From: Pseudothermotoga sp.
Lineage (GTDB): Bacteria > Thermotogota > Thermotogae > Thermotogales > DSM-5069
Assembly (NCBI GenBank): GCA_041640575.1
Contig: JBEPZZ010000019.1
Coordinates: forward strand, 1-30,265
Reading direction: 5' to 3'
DNA: 30,265 nt
The notes below the pieces were generated by a model. It was not told where the DNA came from, ran no database searches, and worked only from the letters and a program-made list of their open reading frames with translations. The position numbers were made by a program, and so were the translations under genes. Positions 9,279 to 20,951 of this stretch are shown one piece after another (position 1 is the first letter of the stretch; every line of letters starts with the position of its first letter).

Positions 9279-9701
9279 TTGGTCGATCTCGACCAGGTAA
9301 GAAAAATCATACAAGATTTTACGGGGGGAAAGCCTTTTAAGCTGTATATCGGCACGGACAGCGATGGGAAGAATGGAACAATCTTATTCGCAACAGTTTT
9401 AATTGCATACAAACTGGGAGTCGGAGGTATATATTTCTATTCGTTGAAAAAGGAAAACCGTTATCACGATATCTACTCTCGCTTATTCCAAGAAGTACAC
9501 TTAAGTGTTGAAATGGCTAATTTCATCAAAGAGTGCTTAAATATAAATCACGCAGAGATTCACATCGATGCTGGTTATGACGGTGAAAGCAAGGAAGTGC
9601 TCTCAGCTTTAGTCGGATATGTTAAAGGTATGGGTTATAGTTTCAAATTAAAACCTTGGGCATTTGCAGCTTCAAAAATAGCACACAGGCACACAAAATA
9701 A
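9279..9701 (+). CDS. DUF458 / YkuK RNase H-like family protein
   Basis: YIGTDS, RLFQEVHLS, EIHID, KPWAFAASKIAHRHTK; start codon uncertain (see findings). Confidence 0.85.
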   Translation: MVDLDQVRKIIQDFTGGKPFKLYIGTDSDGKNGTILFATVLIAYKLGVGGIYFYSLKKENRYHDIYSRLFQEVHLSVEMANFIKECLNINHAEIHIDAGYDGESKEVLSALVGYVKGMGYSFKLKPWAFAASKIAHRHTK

Positions 9702-10394
9702 TCAATTGATCTGCCTTGATATTTCAAATAATATTATGCCCGCGCTTACAGCAACATTTAGAGAATCTATCGAGGAACGCATTGGTACCGAAATAATTTG
9801 ATCGCAATTCTCTCTCACTATCCTGCTTAGGCCTTCTCCTTCGTTACCAAAAACAACACAAATAGGTGGTGTAAATTCTTCTTCGTACACACTCTTGCCA
9901 TTCATATCAGCACCATAAACCCAGTATCCACGTTGTTTCAACTTTTCAAAGGTTTGCACAAGGTTTGTAACTATGATTATTGGTATTCTTAGAACTGTTC
10001 CTGCTGAAACTTTTACAACCGCAGGAGTAACTTTCACCGATCTATCTTTTGGAATCACTATGGCACTTGCTCCAGCTCCAACAGACGTTCGAATTATCGC
10101 TCCAAAATTGTGTGGATCTGTTATGTGATCAAGTACAACAATTAAATCGCCATTTAAGGCGGATTCATCATGGTAATTAAATTCAAGATCTATTACAATA
10201 CCTTGGTTCTTTTCCTCTTGACACAATTTTTCAAGATGTTTTTTTGTTGTGTAAACAAACGAGTATCCAAATTTTTTAAGTGCTTGTTCTAACTGGACGA
10301 ACTTTTTAGACTTGTCCTGATCGAGATATATCTTCTTGACAGGATACCTTGTTCTTAGGACCTCATCCAGCACACTCTTGCCGTAAACTATCAT
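9702..10394 (-). CDS. rlmB: 23S rRNA (Gm2251) 2'-O-methyltransferase, TrmH family
   Basis: MIVYG, QGIV, LDHITDPHNFGAIIRT, GNEGEG, SLNVAVSAGI; next to mini-RNase III. Confidence 0.92.
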   Translation of the reverse strand: MIVYGKSVLDEVLRTRYPVKKIYLDQDKSKKFVQLEQALKKFGYSFVYTTKKHLEKLCQEEKNQGIVIDLEFNYHDESALNGDLIVVLDHITDPHNFGAIIRTSVGAGASAIVIPKDRSVKVTPAVVKVSAGTVLRIPIIIVTNLVQTFEKLKQRGYWVYGADMNGKSVYEEEFTPPICVVFGNEGEGLSRIVRENCDQIISVPMRSSIDSLNVAVSAGIILFEISRQIN

Positions 10395-10770
10395 CTTCTT
10401 CAACTCCAAAGGCGATTTTCAGAAGATAATCAAGTCTTTCTTTTTGACCATTTAGGTAGAGAAAACCAACAACTGCCTCAAAAGCGGTACTTTTTCTGTA
10501 AGACACATCGTTTCCATATTTTTTTGCGGCTTTACTGTTGAAAGCTCTTTTAGCTATACTTAATTCTTCTTCATTTAAAAAACGAACAATTCGTTCAAAA
10601 CCTGTTGATTGACCAGTTCTTGAAACCATTTGAGCAACCTTTTGATGAATCACTGAGACGTTTAAATATTTAAGGTTTTCCATGCGACAGTACAAAGAAC
10701 AAACAGCATCGCCGATGTAAGCAAGTGTCGCTGTTGGAAATAGCTTAGGATTCAGCCCTTCCACCTCCAT
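10363..10770 (-). CDS. mrnC: Mini-ribonuclease III
   Basis: LAYIGDAV, YRKSTAFEAVVGFLYL, 135 aa with no dsRBD. Confidence 0.9.
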   Translation of the reverse strand: MEVEGLNPKLFPTATLAYIGDAVCSLYCRMENLKYLNVSVIHQKVAQMVSRTGQSTGFERIVRFLNEEELSIAKRAFNSKAAKKYGNDVSYRKSTAFEAVVGFLYLNGQKERLDYLLKIAFGVEEDDSLRQECAG

Positions 10771-11203
10771 AAGTAAACTTTCGCAAAGCTACCTCGTCTA
10801 AGTACAACCTGTTCACTCTGTCTTGTTCGAAAAGATACGCGCTGAATTTTCTTATTTTCAACTTTTCCATAGTTCTTCTTTCTCTTCTTACTGATAGAAA
10901 CCTCTGTCTAATTTGTTCTTCTTCTTCCACGATTTTGGCAAGTTCTTCTTTCTTTTTGTTTAAAAGTGAGTTTAACATTTCTATGAATAACCTCCATTGT
11001 TGCAACTCGAGTCCATTCATCCCAGTGGCACAATTTTCAGCAAGATTGCGTCCAGTTTCTACAATTTGATTTTCTAGTTTTGCAATTTCTTGCTCGACAA
11101 TTTTCATTCTTGCCCTGATGGCTGCAAGCTGCAATTTTATTTGACTTTCCTCTGAAAGTTTTAACTGCAAGATCTTTTCCAGTCTAAATTTGAAACCGGC
11201 CAA
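10745..11203 (-). CDS. fliJ: Flagellar export protein FliJ
   Basis: FKFRLEKILQLK N-terminus, coiled coil, MEKLK...EQ...LDE C-terminus. Confidence 0.85.
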   Translation of the reverse strand: MAGFKFRLEKILQLKLSEESQIKLQLAAIRARMKIVEQEIAKLENQIVETGRNLAENCATGMNGLELQQWRLFIEMLNSLLNKKKEELAKIVEEEEQIRQRFLSVRRERRTMEKLKIRKFSAYLFEQDRVNRLYLDEVALRKFTYGGGRAES

Positions 11204-11223
11204 AAAAACACCTGCCTGTACAG

Positions 11224-11266
11224 ATTATACGATAGATATCAAAAATTCTTAGTCAGATGGTAAAAT
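11224..11266. promoter_or_regulatory. Divergent promoters for fliJ (minus) and minC (plus)
   Basis: TATAAT on minus (11224-11229) and extended -10 TGGTAAAAT on plus (11258-11266). Confidence 0.5.
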
Positions 11267-11270
11267 CTTA

Positions 11271-11939
11271 ATGAACGTTTCTACGGGGGTGAAAGAGTTG
11301 AACAATCTGATTGACTTCAAAATGACTAAAGAAGGGCTGATTCTCGTTGTAAAAGACTATGAAAGCCTGGAAGACGTCATCGAACAACTCAACGCTAGAT
11401 TAGTTCAAATGAGAGGGTTTTTTGCTCAAGGAGATAAGGTCATGCTCATGGTTGAAAATAACGAACAGCACGCCCCCGATATGCCGAAAATTGTGGCTGC
11501 TATTAGAAAATGTGGACTGGATGTTTCACAAATCCTGGTTGGCTCTACCATAGGAGAAACGGTAAGCGTAAGCAACAGAATGAAAATGGTTGAAGAGGGA
11601 GACACGAAATCAGGGACGAAGGTAATCAAGAAGAATCTTCGAAGTGGACAAGCACTGGTTCACCCAGGGGATGTCATTGTAATTGGAAATGTTCATTCCG
11701 GCGCTGAAATCATGGCTGGAGGATCAATAGCGGTTTTTGGAAATGTCAAGGGTACTCTGAGAGCTGGATTAAATGAGGGCAATCAGGCTGTTATAGCTGT
11801 ACTTTCAATGCAGCCAACACTTATTCAAATTGCTGGGTATACCCTGAGGGAGGTAGGTAATTATAGCGAACCTGTTGTGATTTATGTTAAAGACAATCAA
11901 ATTACAATCGAGAGAGTCAAGGATGTAAAATTTGGTTGA
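11271..11939 (+). CDS. minC: Septum site-determining protein MinC
   Basis: LRSGQ, GDVIVIGNVHSGAEIMAGGSIAVFGNVKGTLRAG; the real start may be TTG at 11298 after GGGGTG. Confidence 0.93.
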   Translation: MNVSTGVKELNNLIDFKMTKEGLILVVKDYESLEDVIEQLNARLVQMRGFFAQGDKVMLMVENNEQHAPDMPKIVAAIRKCGLDVSQILVGSTIGETVSVSNRMKMVEEGDTKSGTKVIKKNLRSGQALVHPGDVIVIGNVHSGAEIMAGGSIAVFGNVKGTLRAGLNEGNQAVIAVLSMQPTLIQIAGYTLREVGNYSEPVVIYVKDNQITIERVKDVKFG

Positions 11940-12954
11940 AGGAGTGATCTTCTTGGACACAAAATCATTGTTGAAGGAACTTTCGCAAATTCATGGCCCT
12001 TCAGGTTACGAAAATTTGGTACTTTCTGTGATTGAAGAAAGAATAAAACCGTTTGTAGATTCGGTTTGGAAAAACAAGGTTGGTACATTGGTTTCGTTTA
12101 AGAAAGGCGAAGGAAAGGAAAAACTTGGGATATTTGCACACGTAGACGAAGTTGGTTTTGTCATTTCAAAGATCGAACCAGATGGTTTTGCAAGGCTTGA
12201 AACCATAGGTGGTACTGATCCAAAGGTTCTATATGCTCAAAGAATGAAGATATTTACAAGAAAAGGTGTTGCAACAGGTGTCGTGGGTGTTTTACCTCCT
12301 CATTTGCAAAAGGAAGAAGACAGAAAATCTGTTCCAGGATATGACAAAATTTACGTTGACCTCTCCTGTAGTTCTTTGGCTGCTGAAGTTCGAGTTGGTG
12401 ATGTTTGCGTTATCGATAGTGAACCAATTGAACTGAACGGAAAACTTTCAGGCAAAGCGTTGGACAATAGAGCAAGTTGTGCTGCTCTAATTCTCGCAGC
12501 CGAACTACTCTCAAATTTTAAGAACAAGGCGGATGTTTACTTTATTTTTTCAAGTCAAGAGGAAGTTGCGGGTCCTGGTGCGGTGTCAATTGCCTATGAG
12601 CTTTTACTTGATAAAGCAATAGTTGTTGATGTAACGCATGCAAACGAAAAGATACCACAGCTACCTATGATAAAGCTTTCAGAAGGACCTGTTATTGGTG
12701 TTGGACCTGTAATCGACAAAGAATTTTACAAAGCTCTTTTAGAACTTGCTCAGAAAAACAATGTTAAAATTCAAACAGAACCACTACCTGGAAGATCTGG
12801 AACAGACACGGACGAAGTACAACTTACTAGAACAGGCATCAGGACAATGTTGATCTCGATACCGCTTATGTACATGCATACACCTGTTGAAGTGGTCGAC
12901 CCCAAAGATGTTGAAGAAACAGCCAGACTTCTTGCACTCGCTACAACGCTTTGA
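11932..12954 (+). CDS. M42 family (TET) aminopeptidase, paralogue 1
   Basis: GPSGYE, AHVDEVG, KALDNR, QEE, VDVT, YMHTP; the start may be a few codons downstream. Confidence 0.92.
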   Translation: MVEGVIFLDTKSLLKELSQIHGPSGYENLVLSVIEERIKPFVDSVWKNKVGTLVSFKKGEGKEKLGIFAHVDEVGFVISKIEPDGFARLETIGGTDPKVLYAQRMKIFTRKGVATGVVGVLPPHLQKEEDRKSVPGYDKIYVDLSCSSLAAEVRVGDVCVIDSEPIELNGKLSGKALDNRASCAALILAAELLSNFKNKADVYFIFSSQEEVAGPGAVSIAYELLLDKAIVVDVTHANEKIPQLPMIKLSEGPVIGVGPVIDKEFYKALLELAQKNNVKIQTEPLPGRSGTDTDEVQLTRTGIRTMLISIPLMYMHTPVEVVDPKDVEETARLLALATTL

Positions 12955-13988
12955 AGGAGGTGCCGAACTTGTATTTGAAAGAACTTTCTGAACTCGATGG
13001 TGTCTCTGGAAACGAAGGAATAGTCAGGGATTATATAATGAACCAGATCAAAGATAAAGTTGATGAGATAAAGGTTGATCTTTTGGGAAACTTGATCGCC
13101 TTCAAAAAGGGTTGGAAATCCAAAAGGAAAATCTTGCTTGCAGCTCACATGGATGAGGTAGGATTAATGGTCACGAATATAGAAGAAGATGGCAGTTTGT
13201 CTTTTGCCCCAGTCGGTGGTGTTGAACCACATGTTGTGATTGGGAAAAAAGTCCGGATCGAAGGAAAAATCAATGGAGTTATTGGATATAAAGCCATTCA
13301 CCTTCAAAAAAGAGAGCAGTTACTCTTGCCGCCAAGTTATGAACAACTCAGAATCTACATTGGTGCCAAATCAAAGGACGAAGCTTCAAAACTTGTGAAA
13401 ATAGGCGATTATGTTGCTTTTGCGACAAAGTATGAGCAAGAGAACCATAGAGCAACTGGAAAAGCTTTTGATGACAGAGCTGGTTGTTCAGTTTTGATGG
13501 ATATAATTGACAAAGGGGAACGATACGAAGATGATGTTTATTTTGCTTTCTTAGTTCAGGAAGAAACAGGCCTGCGTGGTAGTGCCGTTGTAGTTGAGCA
13601 AATTTTCCCAGACATAGCTATAGTAGTTGAAGGAACAACTGCCGGTGATGACCCTGAACTTCTTAATTATCAATGGGCGACGCATCTTGGTGATGGACCG
13701 GCAATTACTTTCATGCATAGAGGTTATGTTGTCAGCAAAAAAATTTATGAAGCTATTTTATTGGTTGCGCAAAAATACGGAATCAAGCATCAGCAGAAAC
13801 GTAGAACGGCTGGGGGTACTGATGCCAGAAGGTTTGCTACAACGGCTTCAGGTGTTGCTGCTGGTGTAATTTCAGTGCCCGCGAGGTACATCCATAGTCC
13901 TGTGACTATGGTTGATTTGGAGGACTATAACAACACTGTACTGTTGGTACATAAAATACTTCAGGAAGGGGAGGAATTTGCAAGATGA
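12951..13988 (+). CDS. M42 family (TET) aminopeptidase, paralogue 2
   Basis: GVSGNE, AHMDEVG, KAFDDR, QEE, VEGT, YIHSP. Confidence 0.92.
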   Translation: MKEVPNLYLKELSELDGVSGNEGIVRDYIMNQIKDKVDEIKVDLLGNLIAFKKGWKSKRKILLAAHMDEVGLMVTNIEEDGSLSFAPVGGVEPHVVIGKKVRIEGKINGVIGYKAIHLQKREQLLLPPSYEQLRIYIGAKSKDEASKLVKIGDYVAFATKYEQENHRATGKAFDDRAGCSVLMDIIDKGERYEDDVYFAFLVQEETGLRGSAVVVEQIFPDIAIVVEGTTAGDDPELLNYQWATHLGDGPAITFMHRGYVVSKKIYEAILLVAQKYGIKHQQKRRTAGGTDARRFATTASGVAAGVISVPARYIHSPVTMVDLEDYNNTVLLVHKILQEGEEFAR

Positions 13989-14989
13989 TAGATTTGGTAA
14001 GAAAACTAACTGAAGCTTATGGGCCAAGTGGAAGGGAAGAAGAAGTTCTGAAGCTCATTTTGAAAGAGTTAGAGGGTCATATCGATGGATATAAGTTTGA
14101 TAATGTAGGAAATTTGTTGGTTTGGAAAACAGGGTCTAGTGGTAAAAAGATTCTCTTTGATGCACATGCTGATGAAATTGGATTGGTAGTCACAAACATT
14201 GATGAAAAGGGATTCTTGCGTGTTGAAACTGTGGGTGGTGTCCCACCACATGCCTATTTTGGACAGAAGGTGAAATTCCAAAACGTCGTTGGAATAGTTT
14301 ATTTTGAAGGAGAGACTGAGGAAGAAAGGAAGAAGAATCTTACAAATCTGAACTTTGATAATATGTTCGTTGACATCGGAGCAAAAAGTTACGAAGAAGC
14401 AAAAAGTAAGGTGCCAATCGGGTCGTTTGGTGTTTACGATTCGTACTTTTTCCAAAATGGTGACCTGCTTGTTTCGAAAGCAATGGACGATAGAATAGGT
14501 TGTGCTGTGATCGTCGAAATTTTTAGAAGATTGAAAAAAACGCAGAATACCATAATAGGTTCATTCAGTATTCAGGAGGAAGTGGGTTTGGTTGGTGCAT
14601 ATGTAGCTGCTTATTCTTTGAACCCTGATTACTGCATAGCTATCGACGTCACTGATTCAGCAGACTATCCTAAAGCAACAAAGAGACATTCAATGGCTTT
14701 GGGTAAGGGTCCGACTATAAAAATCAAAGATCGAGCATCAATAAGCAACAGACAAATTGTCGAAAAACTCTTGGAAATCGCAGAGAGTTCAAAGATACCT
14801 TACCAAATGGAAGTGCTCACGGTAGGAGGTACCAATGCTGCGGCGCTGCAAAGGACCAGAGCTGGTATACCTTCAGCAACAGTTTCAATTCCAACAAGGT
14901 ATATTCATACTCCAAGTGAAGTCGTCTGCATTAATGATGTTAAAAATACAGTGGAGTTGTTAGTTGAATATTCACAGAAGGGAGTGTAA
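13985..14989 (+). CDS. M42 family (TET) aminopeptidase, paralogue 3
   Basis: GPSGRE, AHADEIG, KAMDDR, QEE, IDVT, YIHTP. Confidence 0.92.
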   Translation: MIDLVRKLTEAYGPSGREEEVLKLILKELEGHIDGYKFDNVGNLLVWKTGSSGKKILFDAHADEIGLVVTNIDEKGFLRVETVGGVPPHAYFGQKVKFQNVVGIVYFEGETEEERKKNLTNLNFDNMFVDIGAKSYEEAKSKVPIGSFGVYDSYFFQNGDLLVSKAMDDRIGCAVIVEIFRRLKKTQNTIIGSFSIQEEVGLVGAYVAAYSLNPDYCIAIDVTDSADYPKATKRHSMALGKGPTIKIKDRASISNRQIVEKLLEIAESSKIPYQMEVLTVGGTNAAALQRTRAGIPSATVSIPTRYIHTPSEVVCINDVKNTVELLVEYSQKGV

Positions 14990-14991
14990 AA

Positions 14992-15702
14992 GTGGCGAGG
15001 AATCAAATAAGGTTAACCGATCTTCAAGCACGTATCCTTGCCATACTAATAATTGTTCTCAGCGTTGGATTTGTAGCGTTCAGTTTGGCTACCTTCATAC
15101 TTGTTAGAACCAAACAAGCCGTCAGAATAGAAATTGTCGAACTACCACCGCCAAAGGTTGAAACTCCAACAGAAAGCTTGCCAACAGGTACAGTTCCAGC
15201 TGTTGAGACGGCACATATGCCAATCTATAGGATTGAAACTTTTGATTACAAGAAACTTTTAATTGATGCAAAGGAAGTGATCGATCGCGGTACTCCCGTT
15301 TCAACTTACGTTGTCGAGTCAGAGGATGCTTTAAAGATCATAAGGGGTTCTAACCTGCCTTTTGTTATTTGCCAGTACGATCAGAAAACTTATACGGTTA
15401 GTGTAATTGGTGATTATAGTTACGCGAATCTTTCACCGACTAAGACTCTGTATGGAGTCTTAGTCTTTTCAACTACAAATTTGGACGCAGCATTGCAAAG
15501 AATGTTGGCTTTAAGAAGTGCAGGTTATGCAGCTTATTTGATGAAATTTCAAAGAGAAGGAAGAGATTGGTATTCATTGGTTTTAGGAGCATTTGCAGAT
15601 GTAAACTCGGCAGAATCGTACAACTCAAAATTAAACTGGAATGAAGTTATGCGGCTTGCTGGTTCAAGTCGGCCAGGGTACGTGGGACGAGTATCACCAT
15701 GA
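14992..15702 (+). CDS. Membrane-anchored SPOR-domain protein
   Basis: One N-terminal TM helix, Pro/Thr linker, C-terminal LRSAGYAAY...WYSLVLGAFADVNSAE resembling SPOR. Confidence 0.7.
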   Translation: MARNQIRLTDLQARILAILIIVLSVGFVAFSLATFILVRTKQAVRIEIVELPPPKVETPTESLPTGTVPAVETAHMPIYRIETFDYKKLLIDAKEVIDRGTPVSTYVVESEDALKIIRGSNLPFVICQYDQKTYTVSVIGDYSYANLSPTKTLYGVLVFSTTNLDAALQRMLALRSAGYAAYLMKFQREGRDWYSLVLGAFADVNSAESYNSKLNWNEVMRLAGSSRPGYVGRVSP

Positions 15703-16250
15703 GGCTTTCTTTGAACGAGAAAAGGCTCATCTTCTTGGCCTTAATAGGTGTTTTTGTTCTTTTGGGCCTTGCTCTCGATAAGGCTGAAAAATCGAATGTT
15801 CAAAGGACGGAATCGAAATCAAGAGAGTTGGTCCAGTTTCCAATTGACGTGAACAAAGCTGAATACGAGGAACTTTTATTTTTACCGGGTATAGGTCCTG
15901 CAAAGGCCAAAGCTATCATTGAATACCGTGAAAAGTATGGACCTTTTATGAGTTTATCCGATCTTACTAAAGTTTCTGGTATTGGGAAAGCCACGGTTGA
16001 AAAACTTGCCAGTTTCGTTAGAATCGAAGAAGAGCCTTTTCATAACCCCATAAGAAGCAACAAAATAAATATCAACACGGCAACAATTGAGCAACTTTGT
16101 GAACTACCAGGTATAGGCGAAGTCAAAGCAAGTGAAATAATTAAATTTAGGCAAAAGAACGGACCTTTCAAAGAAGTGAAAGATTTGCTGGAAGTTCCAG
16201 GGATAGGTCCGAAAACTCTCGAAAAAATAAAGGATCTCATAACTTTTTAG
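15699..16250 (+). CDS. comEA: ComEA family DNA-binding protein with two HhH-pair domains
   Basis: TM anchor plus two INxA...LPGIGxxKAxxII...GPF...V.GIG repeats. Confidence 0.92.
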   Translation: MRLSLNEKRLIFLALIGVFVLLGLALDKAEKSNVQRTESKSRELVQFPIDVNKAEYEELLFLPGIGPAKAKAIIEYREKYGPFMSLSDLTKVSGIGKATVEKLASFVRIEEEPFHNPIRSNKININTATIEQLCELPGIGEVKASEIIKFRQKNGPFKEVKDLLEVPGIGPKTLEKIKDLITF

Positions 16251-16256
16251 GGAGGT

Positions 16257-16739
16257 ATGCATGTGAAAAAGTTGAACCTGCTCTTGTCGTTGACTCTGCT
16301 TGCAGTTCTTATTCTTTTCCTGTACGGTGCGACGCAGAGTGGTCCAAAGATTGTCTTTGTCGATGTCGCAAGAATTACGCAGGAATACACAAAAATGGCG
16401 GAACTAAACAAACGTTATGCTGCTGATGTAAGCTATTACCAATCGAAGTTGAATGAGATGACCAAAGAATTGGAAGAAATGCAGAAACGGGGCGCAACAC
16501 AGGCAGAAATCGAGAAAAAGCAAAATGAAATTCTTGCAAGAAAAGACCAGTATGAAAAGCTTTTACAGGCCGAATATGAACCAAAGATGAAACAAATATT
16601 GGAGGAAATTTCCCAGGGTATAGATAAATATGCAAAGATGATGGGTTATGACTACATATTGAACAAAGCTAGCATTGTCTATGGAGACGATGCGTATGAT
16701 ATTACTAACCAGTTGATTAGTTTTCTAAATGCTCGATGA
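16257..16739 (+). CDS. ompH: OmpH/Skp outer-membrane protein chaperone
   Basis: Signal peptide, KIVFVD, long coiled coil, GYDYIL, YDIT. Confidence 0.88.
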   Translation: MHVKKLNLLLSLTLLAVLILFLYGATQSGPKIVFVDVARITQEYTKMAELNKRYAADVSYYQSKLNEMTKELEEMQKRGATQAEIEKKQNEILARKDQYEKLLQAEYEPKMKQILEEISQGIDKYAKMMGYDYILNKASIVYGDDAYDITNQLISFLNAR

Positions 16740-17442
16740 GAAGGATTGAATGTATAGATTTGGTCAAGAAATATGGCAGGAAATTAGTGGTTGATAAAGC
16801 CTCGCTTTATGTACACCAAGGGGAAGTTGTCGGGCTTCTCGGACCAAACGGCGCAGGCAAGACAACCATTTTCAAGATGATTTTGGGTGCAGTTGTGCCA
16901 AGCTACGGTAAGATTCTGCTGGACGATATGGATATAACGCATCTGCCAATCTACGAAAGAGCAAAACTAGGGATTACGTACTTGCAACAAGATACCTCTG
17001 TGTTCAATGGGCTAAAAGTTTCAGAAAATGTGGAATTGATACTTCGTTTTCAAAAAAAGGATCATAAGGAAATTTCTAAAACGGTCGAGATGTTGCTCGA
17101 CGAATTTGGAATTTTAGAACTGAAAGATCAGTATGCTATGGATTTGTCAGGCGGAGAGAAAAGAAAGCTTGAGTTGGCAAGGATGATGGCGTTAAATCCT
17201 GTTTTTTTATTGCTTGATGAACCCTTTGTTGGAATTGATCCAAAGACCGTAAAAGACATACAAAAGGTGATACTAAGTCTTAGAGAAAAAGGTATAGGTG
17301 TAATAGTCACTGATCATACCGTTGACGCTTTGGCACAAATTGTAGACCGTTTGTATGTCATACACAAGGGAAAAATTGTCGCTGAGGGTGATCCAGAAAA
17401 TACCTTGAAAAGCGAGATTGTTAGGGAGGTTTACCTTGGAAC

Positions 17443-17446
<4 letters not shown>
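16736..17446 (+). CDS. lptB: LptB-like ABC ATPase
   Basis: GEVVGLLGPNGAGKTT, LSGGE, LLLDEPF-GIDP, TDH, C-terminal VREVYLG. Confidence 0.88.
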
Positions 17447-19377
<1,931 letters not shown>

Positions 19378-19381
19378 TTGC

Positions 19382-20032
19382 TTAAAGTGTCATATCCAAA
19401 ACTTCTGTGAAGGTGTAAAAGCCATTCTTAGCGTTAACGGCAAATTCAGCTGATTTCAGTGCTCCAAGTGCAAAAGTTCTTCTTGAAATAGCTCTGTGGT
19501 GAAATTCTAAAACCTCACCTGAGTTAGCCAGTATCACTGTGTGATCACCAACTATCCCGCCAAGCCTTATGGAAAAAATCGTCACGTCCTTTCCCATTAT
19601 GTTCTTTAAGTTCAAGGCCGTACCGGAGGGTGCATCCTTCTTTTGACTGTGGTGTTTTTCCAAGATACAGACTTCCCAGCCATTCAAACGATTTTGAACA
19701 AACGCAAGGACCCTTTTAAGCAAATCGATACCAATTGAATAGTTTGGTGAATATACCACAGGGACAAGATTTGCTAAACTTTTCAGTTCGTTAAGTTGAT
19801 CTTGAGATAAGCCAGTGGTACCAACAACCACGGCGCAGTTGAATTGCCTGGCAAGTGAAATAGTGGTTTGTAAACAGCTTGGGGAGGAAAAGTCGACTAT
19901 CACGTTTGGTATAGAAATTATTTCTTGCTTTTTTGAACTAACTTTTAAAACAAGTTCATGACCATTTTCGGAGAAGAGTTGATAGATTTCCTTACCCATC
20001 TTACCTGTATATCCAACAATACCATACCTCAT
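19382..20032 (-). CDS. dapB: 4-hydroxy-tetrahydrodipicolinate reductase
   Basis: GYTGKMG, DFS, GTTG, EKHHSQKKDAPSGTA, GDHTV. Confidence 0.96.
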   Translation of the reverse strand: MRYGIVGYTGKMGKEIYQLFSENGHELVLKVSSKKQEIISIPNVIVDFSSPSCLQTTISLARQFNCAVVVGTTGLSQDQLNELKSLANLVPVVYSPNYSIGIDLLKRVLAFVQNRLNGWEVCILEKHHSQKKDAPSGTALNLKNIMGKDVTIFSIRLGGIVGDHTVILANSGEVLEFHHRAISRRTFALGALKSAEFAVNAKNGFYTFTEVLDMTL

Positions 20033-20922
20033 GCTAATACCTCGCTTCTCAAGTTCTCAACACATTTTCTGAGTTTTTCCATAGTAGTTTCACTGGCTGG
20101 AACTAGAGGTAAGCGCAATTCATTCTCTATCTTTCCCATAAGGTATAGCATAGCCTTAACAGGAATAGGATTTGTCTCCAAAAACAGCATTTTAACGACG
20201 TTGGAAAGTTGATGATGCAATCTTTGAGCTTTTCTAAGATCACCATTCGATGCGGCCTCAACCATCTCTACAGTCTCTTTAGGTAGCACATTAGCTAAGA
20301 CCGATACCACACCGTGAGCACCAGAAGCAATCATGTGGAGAGTTCGATCATCATTACCTGACCATACGTAAAAACTCAGTCCGTTTTTTCTTGATAACTT
20401 AATAATTTCGTCAGCTTGGCTTAAATCAGGATTAGCCTCCTTAATACCAATGATGTTGGGAAAGCCCAGTGCAAGTCTAATAACAGTATCTGGAAAGATG
20501 TTAACACCAGTTCTTGTTGGAACGTTGTAAACTATTATGGGAATAGATACTCTTTCTGCTAAATACGCGTAATGTTGGTAAAGTCCTTCCTGGGTCGGAC
20601 GGTTGTAGTAGGGCGTTACTACAAGTAGGCCGTCCGCCCCATCTTTTTGTGCAAGAAGTGAAAGTTGAAGAGCTTTTCGTGTGTCGTTCGAACTAATACC
20701 GACTATGACTTTTGCGCTGTTTTGGCATAACTTTTTTGTCAGTTTTGTTAACTCGCTTCTTTCAGTTTCTGTTAGTGTAGAACCTTCTCCTGTTGTACCT
20801 GCAACAACAAAACTTTTGACACCGTTTTCAATCTGCCATCTGACCAATTCTTCGTAAGCTTGGTAGTCCACTTCCCCATTTTTAAACGGTGTCACTAAAG
20901 CAGTACATACACCTTCAGACAT
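20029..20922 (-). CDS. dapA: 4-hydroxy-tetrahydrodipicolinate synthase
   Basis: ALVTPF, GTTGE, PYYNRP, YNVPTRTG, IKEA (Schiff-base Lys), SGND, ETNPIPVK; ATG at 20922 after GGAGGTG. Confidence 0.96.
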   Translation of the reverse strand: MSEGVCTALVTPFKNGEVDYQAYEELVRWQIENGVKSFVVAGTTGEGSTLTETERSELTKLTKKLCQNSAKVIVGISSNDTRKALQLSLLAQKDGADGLLVVTPYYNRPTQEGLYQHYAYLAERVSIPIIVYNVPTRTGVNIFPDTVIRLALGFPNIIGIKEANPDLSQADEIIKLSRKNGLSFYVWSGNDDRTLHMIASGAHGVVSVLANVLPKETVEMVEAASNGDLRKAQRLHHQLSNVVKMLFLETNPIPVKAMLYLMGKIENELRLPLVPASETTMEKLRKCVENLRSEVLA

Positions 20923-20951
20923 GAAAACACCTCCCACAAATTTTCTATTAA

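Noticed and set aside
11932..14989. Endoglucanase/cellulase annotation for the M42 genes
   Set aside because: Known misannotation of this family; the motifs are those of dimetal aminopeptidases
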